From IMG/VR virus record IMGVR_UViG_2713896899_000007, positions 7,041 through 71,040 of that record: a stretch of 64,000 bases of DNA. One strand, written 5' to 3'. The position numbers and the translations under genes are program-made. The notes beneath the pieces were generated by a model. That model saw only the letters and a program-made list of their open reading frames with translations. It was not told the origin of the DNA and did not search any database. The stretch is from a virus. Lineage: Duplodnaviria; Heunggongvirae; Uroviricota; Caudoviricetes. Positions 30,252 to 38,922 of the stretch are shown here, piece after piece. How positions within the stretch are numbered: the first letter of the stretch is position 1; every line of letters begins with the position of its first letter.

Positions 30252-30647
30252 TTAAGCGAATACGCTTTCAGGGATTAAGGTGTCAGCAGGAATGCCGGAG
30301 GTAATACGCAGACCGTACTGACCAATCCAGGTGGTGCTGGTGTTCAGGCTGGAGGTGAATACGGAATTAACCATATTCATCATGGTTTCAAACACCTCTT
30401 CATCAACCTGGCGGAAGTAGTTCTCGATTTTCAGCAGCAGCGGGTCAGTTGCATCGAGAATGGACTGGTATTGCGTCGCGTACTCGCCGCCGGAGGCATC
30501 ACCTTTACGCACGATCGTACTGGCCTGTACTTCGGCACCAGTTTCGGTGTTGTACGTAACAACGGTGATTTTTGCCACATTCTTACCTTCGGCGGTTTCA
30601 GAGGCATAGTAAACATCAACTGTCAGTTTTTCGCGTTTAACGGTCAT
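30252..30647 (-). CDS. Hypothetical early protein
   Basis: 131-aa ORF following terminator 30712-30739. Confidence 0.45.
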   Translation of the reverse strand: MTVKREKLTVDVYYASETAEGKNVAKITVVTYNTETGAEVQASTIVRKGDASGGEYATQYQSILDATDPLLLKIENYFRQVDEEVFETMMNMVNSVFTSSLNTSTTWIGQYGLRITSGIPADTLIPESVFA

Positions 30648-30711
30648 TTCACTCTCCGTAGTGTCTTGGTTATTTTTCTATTTTATAGCCGTAAGTATGT
30701 ACTTACAATAC

Positions 30712-30739
30712 AAAAAAGCCCCGTAAGGATGGCGGGGCT
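30712..30739 (-). terminator. Rho-independent terminator after gene 30774..31085
   Basis: minus-strand GCCCCGCCATCCTTACGGGGC followed by U6. Confidence 0.6.
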
Positions 30740-30773
30740 GTCGTACTGTCGACTAATTACCACTTGCACATTA

Positions 30774-31085
30774 TCAGGCTATTGCCATCACTGATGCTCT
30801 CTGAATTTCTTGTTGGGCCACGCGGTTAACTTCCATCAAAGCCAGTTCGAGCTGATGTTCCGGCCACATTCTTTGAAATGCCACCCAGCCTTTTCCACGC
30901 TGGCGACGAACATTCATTACATAACGAGTAAAGGTGTTTTTATCGAAAGACACCGCTGTTTCACGGAACAGACGAATAGAGGTTCCATTGGCAACGATGT
31001 CCAGCAAAGTTAATTGAGCAACTAGCGCAGGCTTCTCTTTTCGCTTCTGGTCTTTGTCCAGACCAAGAACCAATGATTTTTTCAT
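30774..31085 (-). CDS. Hypothetical early protein
   Basis: Start moved to ATG 31083-31085 (MKKSLVL) so the gene follows leader motif 31095-31120 and an ACGGAG RBS. Confidence 0.4.
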   Translation of the reverse strand: MKKSLVLGLDKDQKRKEKPALVAQLTLLDIVANGTSIRLFRETAVSFDKNTFTRYVMNVRRQRGKGWVAFQRMWPEHQLELALMEVNRVAQQEIQRASVMAIA

Positions 31086-31238
31086 CACAACTCCGTAAAC
31101 AACTTGTTTTCTCAATGGCGTAAATAATACCAGTAAGAAAACGGCTACAAAGCATAATGATCAGGTGCATGATCGATATGCAGGTTCCTCCCTGCGGCTA
31201 TAGAGAAATTAAGCCAGCATTGCTGGCTTTGGTTGAGG

Positions 31239-31568
31239 TTACGCGAATACTTCAAGAAACTCCTGAACGTCCCAATGCTGGACAAGGTGAAGATAGACCT
31301 TAGAAATCACGTCATTCTCGCTATCGCATGTGAAGTAGTACTTCTGGCTGCGGTTGTATGTGTCCACACAAAATTCGCTCATATCCATAAAGTCAGCATC
31401 TTCTCCCATGTCGCAAATCATCAAAGCAGGTGCGTCATCACGAGTCATCAGCTCAAGCACCCACCGCGAATTGATCAGAGTGGAAGACCAACCTTCCAGC
31501 TCACAGAACTGGTCAAACTCTTTTTGAGTCAATTTCTTAATTTGGTTGATGTCGATATGTGCAAACAT
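31239..31568 (-). CDS. Hypothetical early protein
   Basis: Start set to ATG 31566-31568 (MFAHID) with AAGGA RBS; the track start ATG lies inside the promoter motif. Confidence 0.4.
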   Translation of the reverse strand: MFAHIDINQIKKLTQKEFDQFCELEGWSSTLINSRWVLELMTRDDAPALMICDMGEDADFMDMSEFCVDTYNRSQKYYFTCDSENDVISKVYLHLVQHWDVQEFLEVFA

Positions 31569-31580
31569 AAAGCAATCCTT

Positions 31581-31614
31581 AAACAACATGTTTTCTTATT
31601 GGTGTTATTATCGC
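31581..31614 (-). promoter_or_regulatory. Early promoter/leader motif instance
   Basis: minus-strand GCGATAATAACACCAATAAGAAAACATGTTGTTT then AAGGA RBS. Confidence 0.45.
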
Positions 31615-31926
31615 AATAACGCACAGGCGAAAAAGGATTTTATTCCGGTGAATGTGGTTTTGGCAGTGAGTTTTCAGGTTCAGTACCGAGTACACTTTTT
31701 ACATTATTCTGATTTAGTGGCCGAAGATGGCTGGTGGGCAGAATAATCCTCTCCCCGAAAACCTACTGAAATCGATTGTGACCCGCTGGCTGTCTGGCAC
31801 AATTACGCTGTAGCTGGGCATTCAGAGGGAATCCAGCGGTAAGTTCGCCTGCACGTGAGCGCCTCTCTTCTTACCGCACATTACAGGTGGGTAGCCGCAA
31901 CTCTCCCTCACGCTATACCGGTACGC

Positions 31927-32060
31927 CACCGTTCCTGAACCGGCATCGAGCCTTTTCCCGAAATCCACACAGGCAACTCTACCGTTTCCCTGAAAATCCC
32001 CAGCCGTTCCCCGAAGGCAACCCAGCCGTTTCTGTAGCGGGATGCAGCCTTTCCCTGTAT
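31927..32060. repeat. Second array of CCGTTTCCC-type repeats (6 copies)
   Basis: ACCGTTCCTGAA, GCCTTTTCCCGAAATCC, ACCGTTTCCCTGAAAATCC, AGCCGTTCCCCGAAGG, AGCCGTTTCTG, AGCCTTTCCCTG. Confidence 0.6.
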
Positions 32061-32169
32061 GGACCGAAGGCTGACCGTAGGGGTGTTACGGGGGATAAAA
32101 TCAGGAGTTGAATAAATACGAAAAAGGAGGCGACACCCCTACTTCCCTCTCCACTTATACATACCAGGC

Positions 32170-32950
32170 TTCTTCGCTATACATGTTGTGTTTTCTTCGT
32201 GTTTTATCTGTCTCAACCTCTCTATAGGCGTTAATGCTCACTCCTACCAGAACGTTCTATACGGCGACTATTTCTGTTGGTGGATTAGGTGTGTTGTTTT
32301 CTCTGTCGGTGTATGTGGTTTCGTTCGTTTTGCGGTGGTTCTTCTATGGGGTGTTCTCGTCGTTTTGGTGATTGTTCTTCTCCGTATATGGAGTAATGGC
32401 AGGTGGGCGATTGCTTTCGTTATTGTGTTTGAGTTGTTTGTCTGGAGTGTGTGAAAGGCTTTTGTAGTTATTCGTGTATTGGGTAATGGCGTTTCCCGTG
32501 ATTGTTATGTTTCGTGTCTTTTGGGATTGAGAGAAACCTTGCGGTTACAGGCTTCGTTGGGGTTTCAGTGATTCTGGTGTTTCTTCGCTGTTTGGGGAAT
32601 GGCGTGTCGTGGGTATCGCGCGTGTGAATGTTTTCGGATTGCCTGTGAAAGTTAGGTTGGTTATCCGGTAGCCTGGGAAGAAGAGGTGGGTCTTTTCGGT
32701 AGCCTGCCATAAAGAGGTTGGTTGTTTTTGGGAATGGCATGTGTGTTATTTAGTTGTTTTGTTATGCCTGAAAATAAGTTGTTTATATGGTTGTGTAACG
32801 CAACGGGAGCGATTTTGAGCGTGTGTTTTTGTTGGTAGTGTGTTGAGTCGTCTGTGGTGAAAATTGGACGCTGTGGAGCTGTCTGCTGCGTAGGATTACG
32901 GGTATAAGAAGTGATGTGTGAAAACGTCAATTTTTTAGACCAAATCGGGA
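32170..32950. other. ORF-poor, strongly G+T-skewed repeat-rich region (candidate origin, centromere-like site or noncoding RNA locus)
   Basis: Top strand about 80-85 percent G+T in spot counts; at least 10 same-orientation GTTGTTTT(C) half-sites; four GGnAATGGC repeats at about 100-bp spacing (about 32395, 32485, 32598, 32730); only low-complexity ORFs. Confidence 0.5.
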
Positions 32951-33136
32951 GAAAGCGTTGATGTTTCGTTGATCTGTTATTTAGTTGTTTTCTTATTGGT
33001 ATAAACAACTGTAACCTATTGATATTTAAGGATGTGATTGCAGGCATGGAAGGGGAGTAGTGGCGATCAACGGATTCTTATAGAAAAGAATCAAATTGTG
33101 ACCGCCATTATCAACGGTTTGAATATGTTTGCAGAT

Positions 33137-33445
33137 TTACCAGTTCCAGCACTCAAGCCCTTCAACGACCGGCGCACCACAATCAAAATGTACAGAGTCA
33201 AAGCCTACATCAAGTACTTTCTGAATGTTAGCAATCGCGCCTTCGGATATACCATATCGACGCAAGTCGTCTTTCCAGACATCATCCTGTAACCCGGCGT
33301 GGACAATACAACCGCCATCAATTTGTGAAACCCAATCCAGCTCATTGCTTGCGATCATGAATCGGCGAGCATCTTCCTCTGATGTATGAGATGAACTGAT
33401 CAATGCCACCTGGTAGGCTTGGGTAATGTTCAACATTTCAACCAC
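33137..33445 (-). CDS. Hypothetical early protein
   Basis: 102-aa ORF; upstream both motif variants and a GATAAT hexamer (33448-33510). Confidence 0.4.
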   Translation of the reverse strand: MVEMLNITQAYQVALISSSHTSEEDARRFMIASNELDWVSQIDGGCIVHAGLQDDVWKDDLRRYGISEGAIANIQKVLDVGFDSVHFDCGAPVVEGLECWNW

Positions 33446-33496
33446 TCCAAAACAAGTTGTTTTCTTATGTGGCTTATTATCTCTAACAACAAAAGG

Positions 33497-33636
33497 CAGA
33501 AAACAAATTGTTTTAGGTACTGTGTAAATCAGAAGGGATTGTGTCTATATGAAAATGCCCGGCGTGTTGCCGGGCATTGCGAAGAGAGGTTGTTTAATTA
33601 CTTAACCTGGTGGCCAGGTTTAGCACCGGCATCCGG
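33497..33636. repeat. metG 3'-end repeat copy 1 (promoter motif + terminator + last 13 codons of metG)
   Basis: 140 bp, about 88 percent identical to 34367-34506; carries [12 protein letters not shown]-stop in frame. Confidence 0.8.
33554..33578 (-). terminator. Terminator hairpin within metG-end repeat copy 1 (serves the degenerate HD gene)
   Basis: AATGCCCGGC...GCCGGGCATT stem with U-run on minus strand. Confidence 0.5.
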
Positions 33637-34327
33637 CTGCAGGATGGGAGGTTACGTTCGCGCTATGTTGATATTCTGATTGACGCCATTTGTGCCAAAT
33701 CATCTCCTTATAGGATTCATATTGCGTTCGGTACTCTGGCTTCAAGTCAGATATGCCTTTATTCACTACCGCTCGTACGTTTACTAATAATTCGTGCTCA
33801 ATGCCTTTACTCTCTAAATATTCTACAACACCAGCATCGGGGCCAATTGCCCTGCCGTTAAAGACCATTTCCAGCATAAGCTCTGTTTCAGCAAAATAGA
33901 TAGGTGAGGAACCAGGTGCACACAGCTTAATAGCAGTAAGATTGTCCAACAGGTCGGCCAATTTAATCATTCGCGTCTGCATATCCAACGTCTTTTGCAA
34001 TTCGCGAACATTAATAATGAATCTCGCAAGACTATCGCCGTCGTCTGGTTTGGCAACGTTTGCCAGCGCCAGTACCATCTCAGCTACACGATTCCCGAAA
34101 TACTCGCGTACCATTTCGATAGTGATATGGGTATCTTCAATAACACCATGTAATAATGCAGCAGCCTGCATTTCGACAGTGCCTCCGTGCCAAGCAACAA
34201 TCTCACGCACAGAAACTGGGTGTGTAACGTAGTCTTCCCCCGTATATCTACGCTTCTTACCTACACCACCATACACTCCAACGGCAAACATATGAGCTTT
34301 ATCAACAATCGACATAATTTGCTCCAT
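33620..34327 (-). CDS. RelA/SpoT-type HD hydrolase paralog with substituted catalytic residues (probable pseudo-enzyme)
   Basis: About 65-70 percent identical to the hydrolase at 42687..43328, but AH-GQ became VY-GK and both HD became HG (WHGG, LLHGVIEDT); C-terminus runs into the duplicated metG 3' fragment in another frame. Confidence 0.6.
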   Translation of the reverse strand: MEQIMSIVDKAHMFAVGVYGGVGKKRRYTGEDYVTHPVSVREIVAWHGGTVEMQAAALLHGVIEDTHITIEMVREYFGNRVAEMVLALANVAKPDDGDSLARFIINVRELQKTLDMQTRMIKLADLLDNLTAIKLCAPGSSPIYFAETELMLEMVFNGRAIGPDAGVVEYLESKGIEHELLVNVRAVVNKGISDLKPEYRTQYESYKEMIWHKWRQSEYQHSANVTSHPAAGCRC

Positions 34328-34366
34328 TATTTTGTTAATACTGTTACTCTAACTGATAATAGAACG

Positions 34367-34506
34367 CAGAAAACAAATTGTTTTAGGGGCTGAGTAAATC
34401 AGAAGGGATTGCGTCTATATGAAAATGCCCAGCAATACGCTGGGCATTGTGAAGAATGGTTGTTTAGTTACTTAACTTGGTGGCCTGGTTTAGCACCAGC
34501 ATCCGG
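34367..34506. repeat. metG 3'-end repeat copy 2 (authentic metG terminus and terminator)
   Basis: Direct repeat of 33497-33636, offset 870 bp. Confidence 0.8.
34420..34448 (-). terminator. metG rho-independent terminator (within repeat copy 2)
   Basis: AATGCCCAGC...GCTGGGCATT stem followed by UUUU on minus strand, 20 bp after metG stop. Confidence 0.6.
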
Positions 34507-36501
34507 GCTTAACAGGAAGATATCTTTCCCGCCGGGGCCAGCAGCCATCACCATGCCTTCGGAGATACCGAAGCGCATTTTACGCGGAGCCAGGTTAGCC
34601 ACCATAATTGTGTGACGACCAATCAGTGCCTGTGGGTCTGGATAAGCAGAACGGATGCCTGAGAAGACATTACGCTTTTCACCACCGAGATCCAGTGTCA
34701 GGCGCAACAGTTTGTCAGAACCTTCAACAAACTCCGCGTTTTCAATCAGCGCCACACGCAGGTCAACTTTGGCGAAGTCGTCAAAGGTGATGGTTTCCTG
34801 AATCGGGTCGTCAGCCAGTGGGCCAGTAACTGGCGCGGCAGTAGCTTTCACTTCTTCTTTGGATGCTTCCACCAGTGCTTCCACCTGTTTCATATCGATA
34901 CGGTTATACAGTGCCTTGAACGGATTCACTTTATGGCCCAGCAGCGGTTGCTGGATACCATCCCAGGTCAGTTCTGTATTCAGGAATGCTTCTGCACGTT
35001 CAGTCAGTTTCGGCAGTACCGGTTTCAGATACGTCATCAGCACGCGGAACAGGTTAATGCCCATAGAGCAAATCGCCTGCAGATCTGCATCGCGACCTTC
35101 CTGCTTCGCCACCACCCACGGAGCCTGTTCATCGACATAGCGGTTAGCCAGGTCAGCCAATGCCATGATTTCACGGATAGCTTTACCAAATTCGCGGCTT
35201 TCCCATGCTTCGCCAATCACTTCAGCGGCATCAGTAAAGGTTTTGTACAGTTGCGGGTCAGCCAGTTCGCTTGCCAGCACGCCGTCAAAACGCTTGTTGA
35301 TAAAGCCTGCATTACGGGAGGCCAGGTTAACCACTTTGTTAACAATATCGGCATTCACTCGCTGAACGAAATCCTCCAGGTTGAGATCGATATCATCAAT
35401 GCGCGAAGAGAGTTTCGCAGTGTAGTAGTAACGCAGGCTGTCAGCGTCAAAATGATTCAGCCAGGTGCTGGCTTTAATAAAGGTGCCGCGAGACTTGGAC
35501 ATCTTCGCACCGTTCACCGTCACATAGCCATGAACAAACAGGTTGGTCGGCTTGCGGAAGTTGCTGCCTTCCAGCATGGCAGGCCAGAACAGACTGTGGA
35601 AGTAAACGATATCTTTACCGATGAAGTGGTACAGCTCGGCGGTGGAGTCTTTCTTCCAGTATTCATCGAAGCTGGTGGTATCGCCGCGCTTGTCGCACAG
35701 ATTCTTGAAGGAACCCATGTAGCCAATCGGTGCGTCCAGCCAGACGTAGAAATATTTACCCGGCGCGTTCGGAATTTCAAAACCGAAGTAAGGTGCGTCG
35801 CGGGAGATATCCCACTGTTGCAGACCAGATTCAAACCACTCCTGCATTTTGTTTGCCACCTGCTCCTGCAACGCACCGCTGCGGGTCCATGCCTGCAACA
35901 TTTCGCTGAAAGAGGGCAGATCAAAGAAGAAGTGTTCAGAATCACGCATTACCGGGGTAGCACCAGAAACCACCGATTTCGGCTCGATCAGTTCAGTCGG
36001 GCTGTAGGTCGCGCCACAAACTTCACAGTTATCGCCGTATTGATCTGGCGCTTTACATTTCGGGCAGGTGCCTTTCACAAAACGATCCGGCAGGAACATG
36101 CCTTTTTCCGGGTCGTACAACTGAGAGATAGTGCGGTTTTTAATAAAACCGTTCTCTTTCAGGCGAGTATAAATAAGCTCAGACAGCTGGCGGTTCTCTT
36201 CGCTGTGCGTCGAGTGATAGTTGTCATAGCTGATGTTAAAGCCTGCGAAATCAGTCTGGTGTTCCTGACTCATTTCGCCAATCATCTGCTCCGGTGTGAT
36301 ACCAAGTTGCTGTGCTTTCAGCATGATCGGCGTACCGTGGGCATCGTCGGCACAGATGAAATTAACCTCGTGGCCGCGCATTCGCTGGTAACGAACCCAG
36401 ACATCAGCCTGGATGTGCTCCAGCATATGGCCGAGGTGGATTGAGCCGTTAGCGTACGGCAGCGCGCACGTCACCAGAATTTTCTTCGCGACTTGGGTCA
36501 T
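34468..36501 (-). CDS. metG: Methionine--tRNA ligase
   Basis: 677 aa from ATG 36499-36501 ([26 protein letters not shown]...KMSKS...[10 protein letters not shown]); near-identical to E. coli MetG over full length as I recall it; the track ORF is extended upstream. Confidence 0.95.
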   Translation of the reverse strand: MTQVAKKILVTCALPYANGSIHLGHMLEHIQADVWVRYQRMRGHEVNFICADDAHGTPIMLKAQQLGITPEQMIGEMSQEHQTDFAGFNISYDNYHSTHSEENRQLSELIYTRLKENGFIKNRTISQLYDPEKGMFLPDRFVKGTCPKCKAPDQYGDNCEVCGATYSPTELIEPKSVVSGATPVMRDSEHFFFDLPSFSEMLQAWTRSGALQEQVANKMQEWFESGLQQWDISRDAPYFGFEIPNAPGKYFYVWLDAPIGYMGSFKNLCDKRGDTTSFDEYWKKDSTAELYHFIGKDIVYFHSLFWPAMLEGSNFRKPTNLFVHGYVTVNGAKMSKSRGTFIKASTWLNHFDADSLRYYYTAKLSSRIDDIDLNLEDFVQRVNADIVNKVVNLASRNAGFINKRFDGVLASELADPQLYKTFTDAAEVIGEAWESREFGKAIREIMALADLANRYVDEQAPWVVAKQEGRDADLQAICSMGINLFRVLMTYLKPVLPKLTERAEAFLNTELTWDGIQQPLLGHKVNPFKALYNRIDMKQVEALVEASKEEVKATAAPVTGPLADDPIQETITFDDFAKVDLRVALIENAEFVEGSDKLLRLTLDLGGEKRNVFSGIRSAYPDPQALIGRHTIMVANLAPRKMRFGISEGMVMAAGPGGKDIFLLSPDAGAKPGHQVK

Positions 36502-36658
36502 AGTAGGCATTACTTCTTTGTAGTGAAAAGGGGCTTGATAGTAACAAAATGGCCTTATGTCTGCCATGTGATAACAGCATTTCTCATAAATGATTAAATG
36601 TCGTAGCTGGAGTACACTACAAGGCGACAATTGCGCAAATTAAAATAAAGGAGACGGG

Positions 36659-37759
36659 ATGAGCGAGTCCAAATCGCCGGATGCCCTGAGAGCAATGGTA
36701 GCCGGTACGCTGGCTAATTTTCAGCACCCAACCCTGAAACACAACCTGACTACGCTTAAAGCGTTACACCATGTTGCGTTGATGGATGACACACTGCATG
36801 TCGAACTAATCATGCCTTTCGTGTGGAATAAGCCTTTTGAAGACCTGAAAGAGCAATGTAGTGGTGATCTGCTCCGTATCACTGGCGCAAAGGCTATTGA
36901 CTGGAAGCTGTCGTACAACATTGCCACGCTTAAGCGCGTCAAAAACCAACCAGGCATTAATGGTGTTAAGAATATTATCGCCGTAAGCTCAGGCAAGGGC
37001 GGTGTAGGCAAATCGTCCACAGCAGTAAACTTGGCACTGGCGTTGGCTGCTGAAGGTGCGAAAGTTGGTATTTTGGATGCCGATATCTACGGGCCATCAA
37101 TACCAACCATGCTGGGCGCGGAAAACCAACGTCCAACCTCACCGGACGGTACTCACATGGCACCTATCATGTCTCATGGCCTGGCAACCAATTCAATTGG
37201 CTATCTGGTCACCGACGACAATGCAATGGTGTGGCGTGGACCGATGGCCAGCAAGGCGCTGATGCAGATGTTGCAGGAAACACTGTGGCCTGATCTGGAC
37301 TATCTCGTTCTCGATATGCCGCCGGGCACTGGTGATATTCAGTTGACGCTGGCGCAGAACATTCCTGTAACTGGTGCGGTTGTGGTAACTACGCCGCAAG
37401 ACATCGCGCTGATCGATGCGAAGAAAGGCATTGTGATGTTCGAAAAAGTCGAAGTGCCAGTACTGGGTATCGTTGAAAACATGAGTGTGCATATTTGCAG
37501 TAACTGCGGTCATCACGAGCCAATTTTTGGCACCGGTGGCGCACAGAAACTGGCCGAGAAATACAACACGCAGTTGTTAGGCCAAATGCCACTTCATATC
37601 TCTCTTCGTGAAGATCTGGATAACGGAACACCAACCGTTATTAGTCGTCCAGATAGTGAATTTACGGCTATTTATCGTGACCTCGCAGATCGCGTTGCTG
37701 CCCAAATGTATTGGCAAGGTGAAGTAATACCTGGCGAAATCGCATTCCGCGCAGTGTGA
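36659..37759 (+). CDS. apbC: Fe-S cluster carrier ATPase Mrp/ApbC
   Basis: 366 aa, SGKGGVGKS P-loop, CxxC motif; near-identical to E. coli Mrp; divergent from metG as in Escherichia chromosomes. Confidence 0.95.
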   Translation: MSESKSPDALRAMVAGTLANFQHPTLKHNLTTLKALHHVALMDDTLHVELIMPFVWNKPFEDLKEQCSGDLLRITGAKAIDWKLSYNIATLKRVKNQPGINGVKNIIAVSSGKGGVGKSSTAVNLALALAAEGAKVGILDADIYGPSIPTMLGAENQRPTSPDGTHMAPIMSHGLATNSIGYLVTDDNAMVWRGPMASKALMQMLQETLWPDLDYLVLDMPPGTGDIQLTLAQNIPVTGAVVVTTPQDIALIDAKKGIVMFEKVEVPVLGIVENMSVHICSNCGHHEPIFGTGGAQKLAEKYNTQLLGQMPLHISLREDLDNGTPTVISRPDSEFTAIYRDLADRVAAQMYWQGEVIPGEIAFRAV

Positions 37760-37764
37760 TAAAA

Positions 37765-37785
37765 AGGTGGTGCATTGCACCACCT
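37765..37785. terminator. Bidirectional hairpin between apbC and the UmuD'-like gene
   Basis: Perfect 9-bp stem AGGTGGTGC/GCACCACCT with 3-nt loop; A5 tract on plus side gives U5 for the minus-strand transcript. Confidence 0.55.
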
Positions 37786-37796
37786 AAACAGTTCTC

Positions 37797-38186
37797 CTAC
37801 ATCACAGGACAATCATCAAACTCGCCACTTCTTGCGTCGTTGATAATGTGAGTGATCACACCAAACACGGCATTGCTGCCCGTGCATCCATCGTCATCCT
37901 TTGGCAATGCTTCCTTCTTACCAGTTCTTAAATCCTCCAGATGCTGACGTGGATACTTCCGGTATCTTTTTACGCGATATTCCCCATCCAGAGCGCATAC
38001 AAGCAGAGAACCATCAACCGGGGTAAGTGAGGAATCGACCACCAGCAATGCGCCCTGCAATATTCCCTCACGATGATGGCTGTCAGCCGCTCTCATGAAG
38101 TAGGTCGCTGAAGGATGTCTAATTATCTGCTGATCAAGAGAAATACGGCTCTCAGCATAATCCGCCGCAGGAGAAGGGAAGCCCAT
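37797..38186 (-). CDS. UmuD'-like S24 peptidase (begins at the position equivalent to the UmuD Cys24-Gly25 cleavage site)
   Basis: MGFPSPAADY... aligns with UmuD from Gly25; Ser (AADS) and Lys (RVKR) of the catalytic dyad retained; in-frame stop 5 codons upstream of ATG; LexA box 20 bp upstream. Confidence 0.75.
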   Translation of the reverse strand: MGFPSPAADYAESRISLDQQIIRHPSATYFMRAADSHHREGILQGALLVVDSSLTPVDGSLLVCALDGEYRVKRYRKYPRQHLEDLRTGKKEALPKDDDGCTGSNAVFGVITHIINDARSGEFDDCPVM

Positions 38187-38202
38187 AGCGTTTTGCCCTC
38201 AA

Positions 38203-38222
38203 TACTGTTCATTTATACAGTA
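38203..38222 (-). promoter_or_regulatory. LexA operator (SOS box) upstream of UmuD'-like gene
   Basis: TACTGTTCATTTATACAGTA = CTGT-N8-ACAG palindrome, 16/20 match to E. coli LexA consensus; about 20 bp upstream of ATG 38186. Confidence 0.75.
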
Positions 38223-38358
38223 TACATGAAAGAAGCTCACTCAGTGCAACTGATCGGTACATAGCACCAGACAAAGGAACATTATTTTCTCGAACAAGAA
38301 AAGGTAGAAAACAAATTGTTTAAGGCCACAGCTAGTGGCCTTAATGGAGAAGGGATGC

Positions 38359-38922
38359 TTATTGGCTATGGCTAAAAATCAAATGAGACACTTCATTTGG
38401 TTGTAGCTCGTCAAGATCCGGGGCCACAAAACCTTTTCCGAAAGACTTCACAAGTGATTCACCTGCCGCATCATTGTCACCTATTACGCGAAAGTCATAC
38501 GGCAGCATTGCCAGTTGACGACGTAATCCTGCTGAGAAAGTCGAACCTAACAGCGCCCACGAATTTCCGCCCGCGTTGTGCACTGCTGCACTTTTAAAAA
38601 TCGACTCAGTTATCCATATCGGTCCATCTTTTAAAGGAAGATAGGTTCCCCATAGTAGCTGTCTGCCGTGCGCACGTGTGAAATACCGGGCCATCTTCGG
38701 ATTGCTATGCTGCTTAGGAGCGCCTGGTCTGTATGTCTGATACCCGGCCAACATCCCATCAAACCTGTATAGAGGGAATGTAACAACTCCTTCGCTTTCA
38801 TCGATCCACTGTCTATATGGATGCACATCATGGCGGTAGTTACGAGTTAGCAAATGAGCTTCCAGCTTTCCAAATTTAGTCATAACTTCGCATCCCTCAT
38901 AACACTTCCCATTTATCACCAT
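38359..38922 (-). CDS. Toprim-domain protein (primase C-terminal-like)
   Basis: DxDxAG-type Toprim motif VIGDNDAAGE and upstream ITES acidic motif. Confidence 0.5.
   Translation of the reverse strand: MVINGKCYEGCEVMTKFGKLEAHLLTRNYRHDVHPYRQWIDESEGVVTFPLYRFDGMLAGYQTYRPGAPKQHSNPKMARYFTRAHGRQLLWGTYLPLKDGPIWITESIFKSAAVHNAGGNSWALLGSTFSAGLRRQLAMLPYDFRVIGDNDAAGESLVKSFGKGFVAPDLDELQPNEVSHLIFSHSQ

Noticed and set aside
31887-32454. Plus-strand ORFs 31887..32111 and 32188..32454
   Set aside because: They overlap the repeat arrays and G+T-skewed tract, encode Pro/Arg-rich or Val/Phe/Gly-rich low-complexity peptides, and lack RBS
32170-32950. Possible CRISPR array suggested by repeated short motifs
   Set aside because: Repeats are short (8-9 bp), imperfect, irregularly spaced and not separated by unique spacers of uniform length; no cas genes
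32468-33047. Minus-strand ORFs 32468..32740 and 32661..33047 in the G+T-skewed region
   Set aside because: Pro/Thr/Gln/Asn-rich low-complexity translations of C+A-rich sequence; no RBS; one starts upstream of the promoter motif that would have to drive it
34933-36444. 503-aa plus-strand ORF antisense to metG
   Set aside because: Lies entirely inside the highly conserved metG coding sequence; His/Arg/Phe-rich low-complexity translation with no homology signal
34468-36630. Track ORF giving a 720-aa MetG
   Set aside because: The first 43 codons are an upstream extension; the conserved N-terminus [10 protein letters not shown] starts at ATG 36499-36501, so the CDS is 34468..36501
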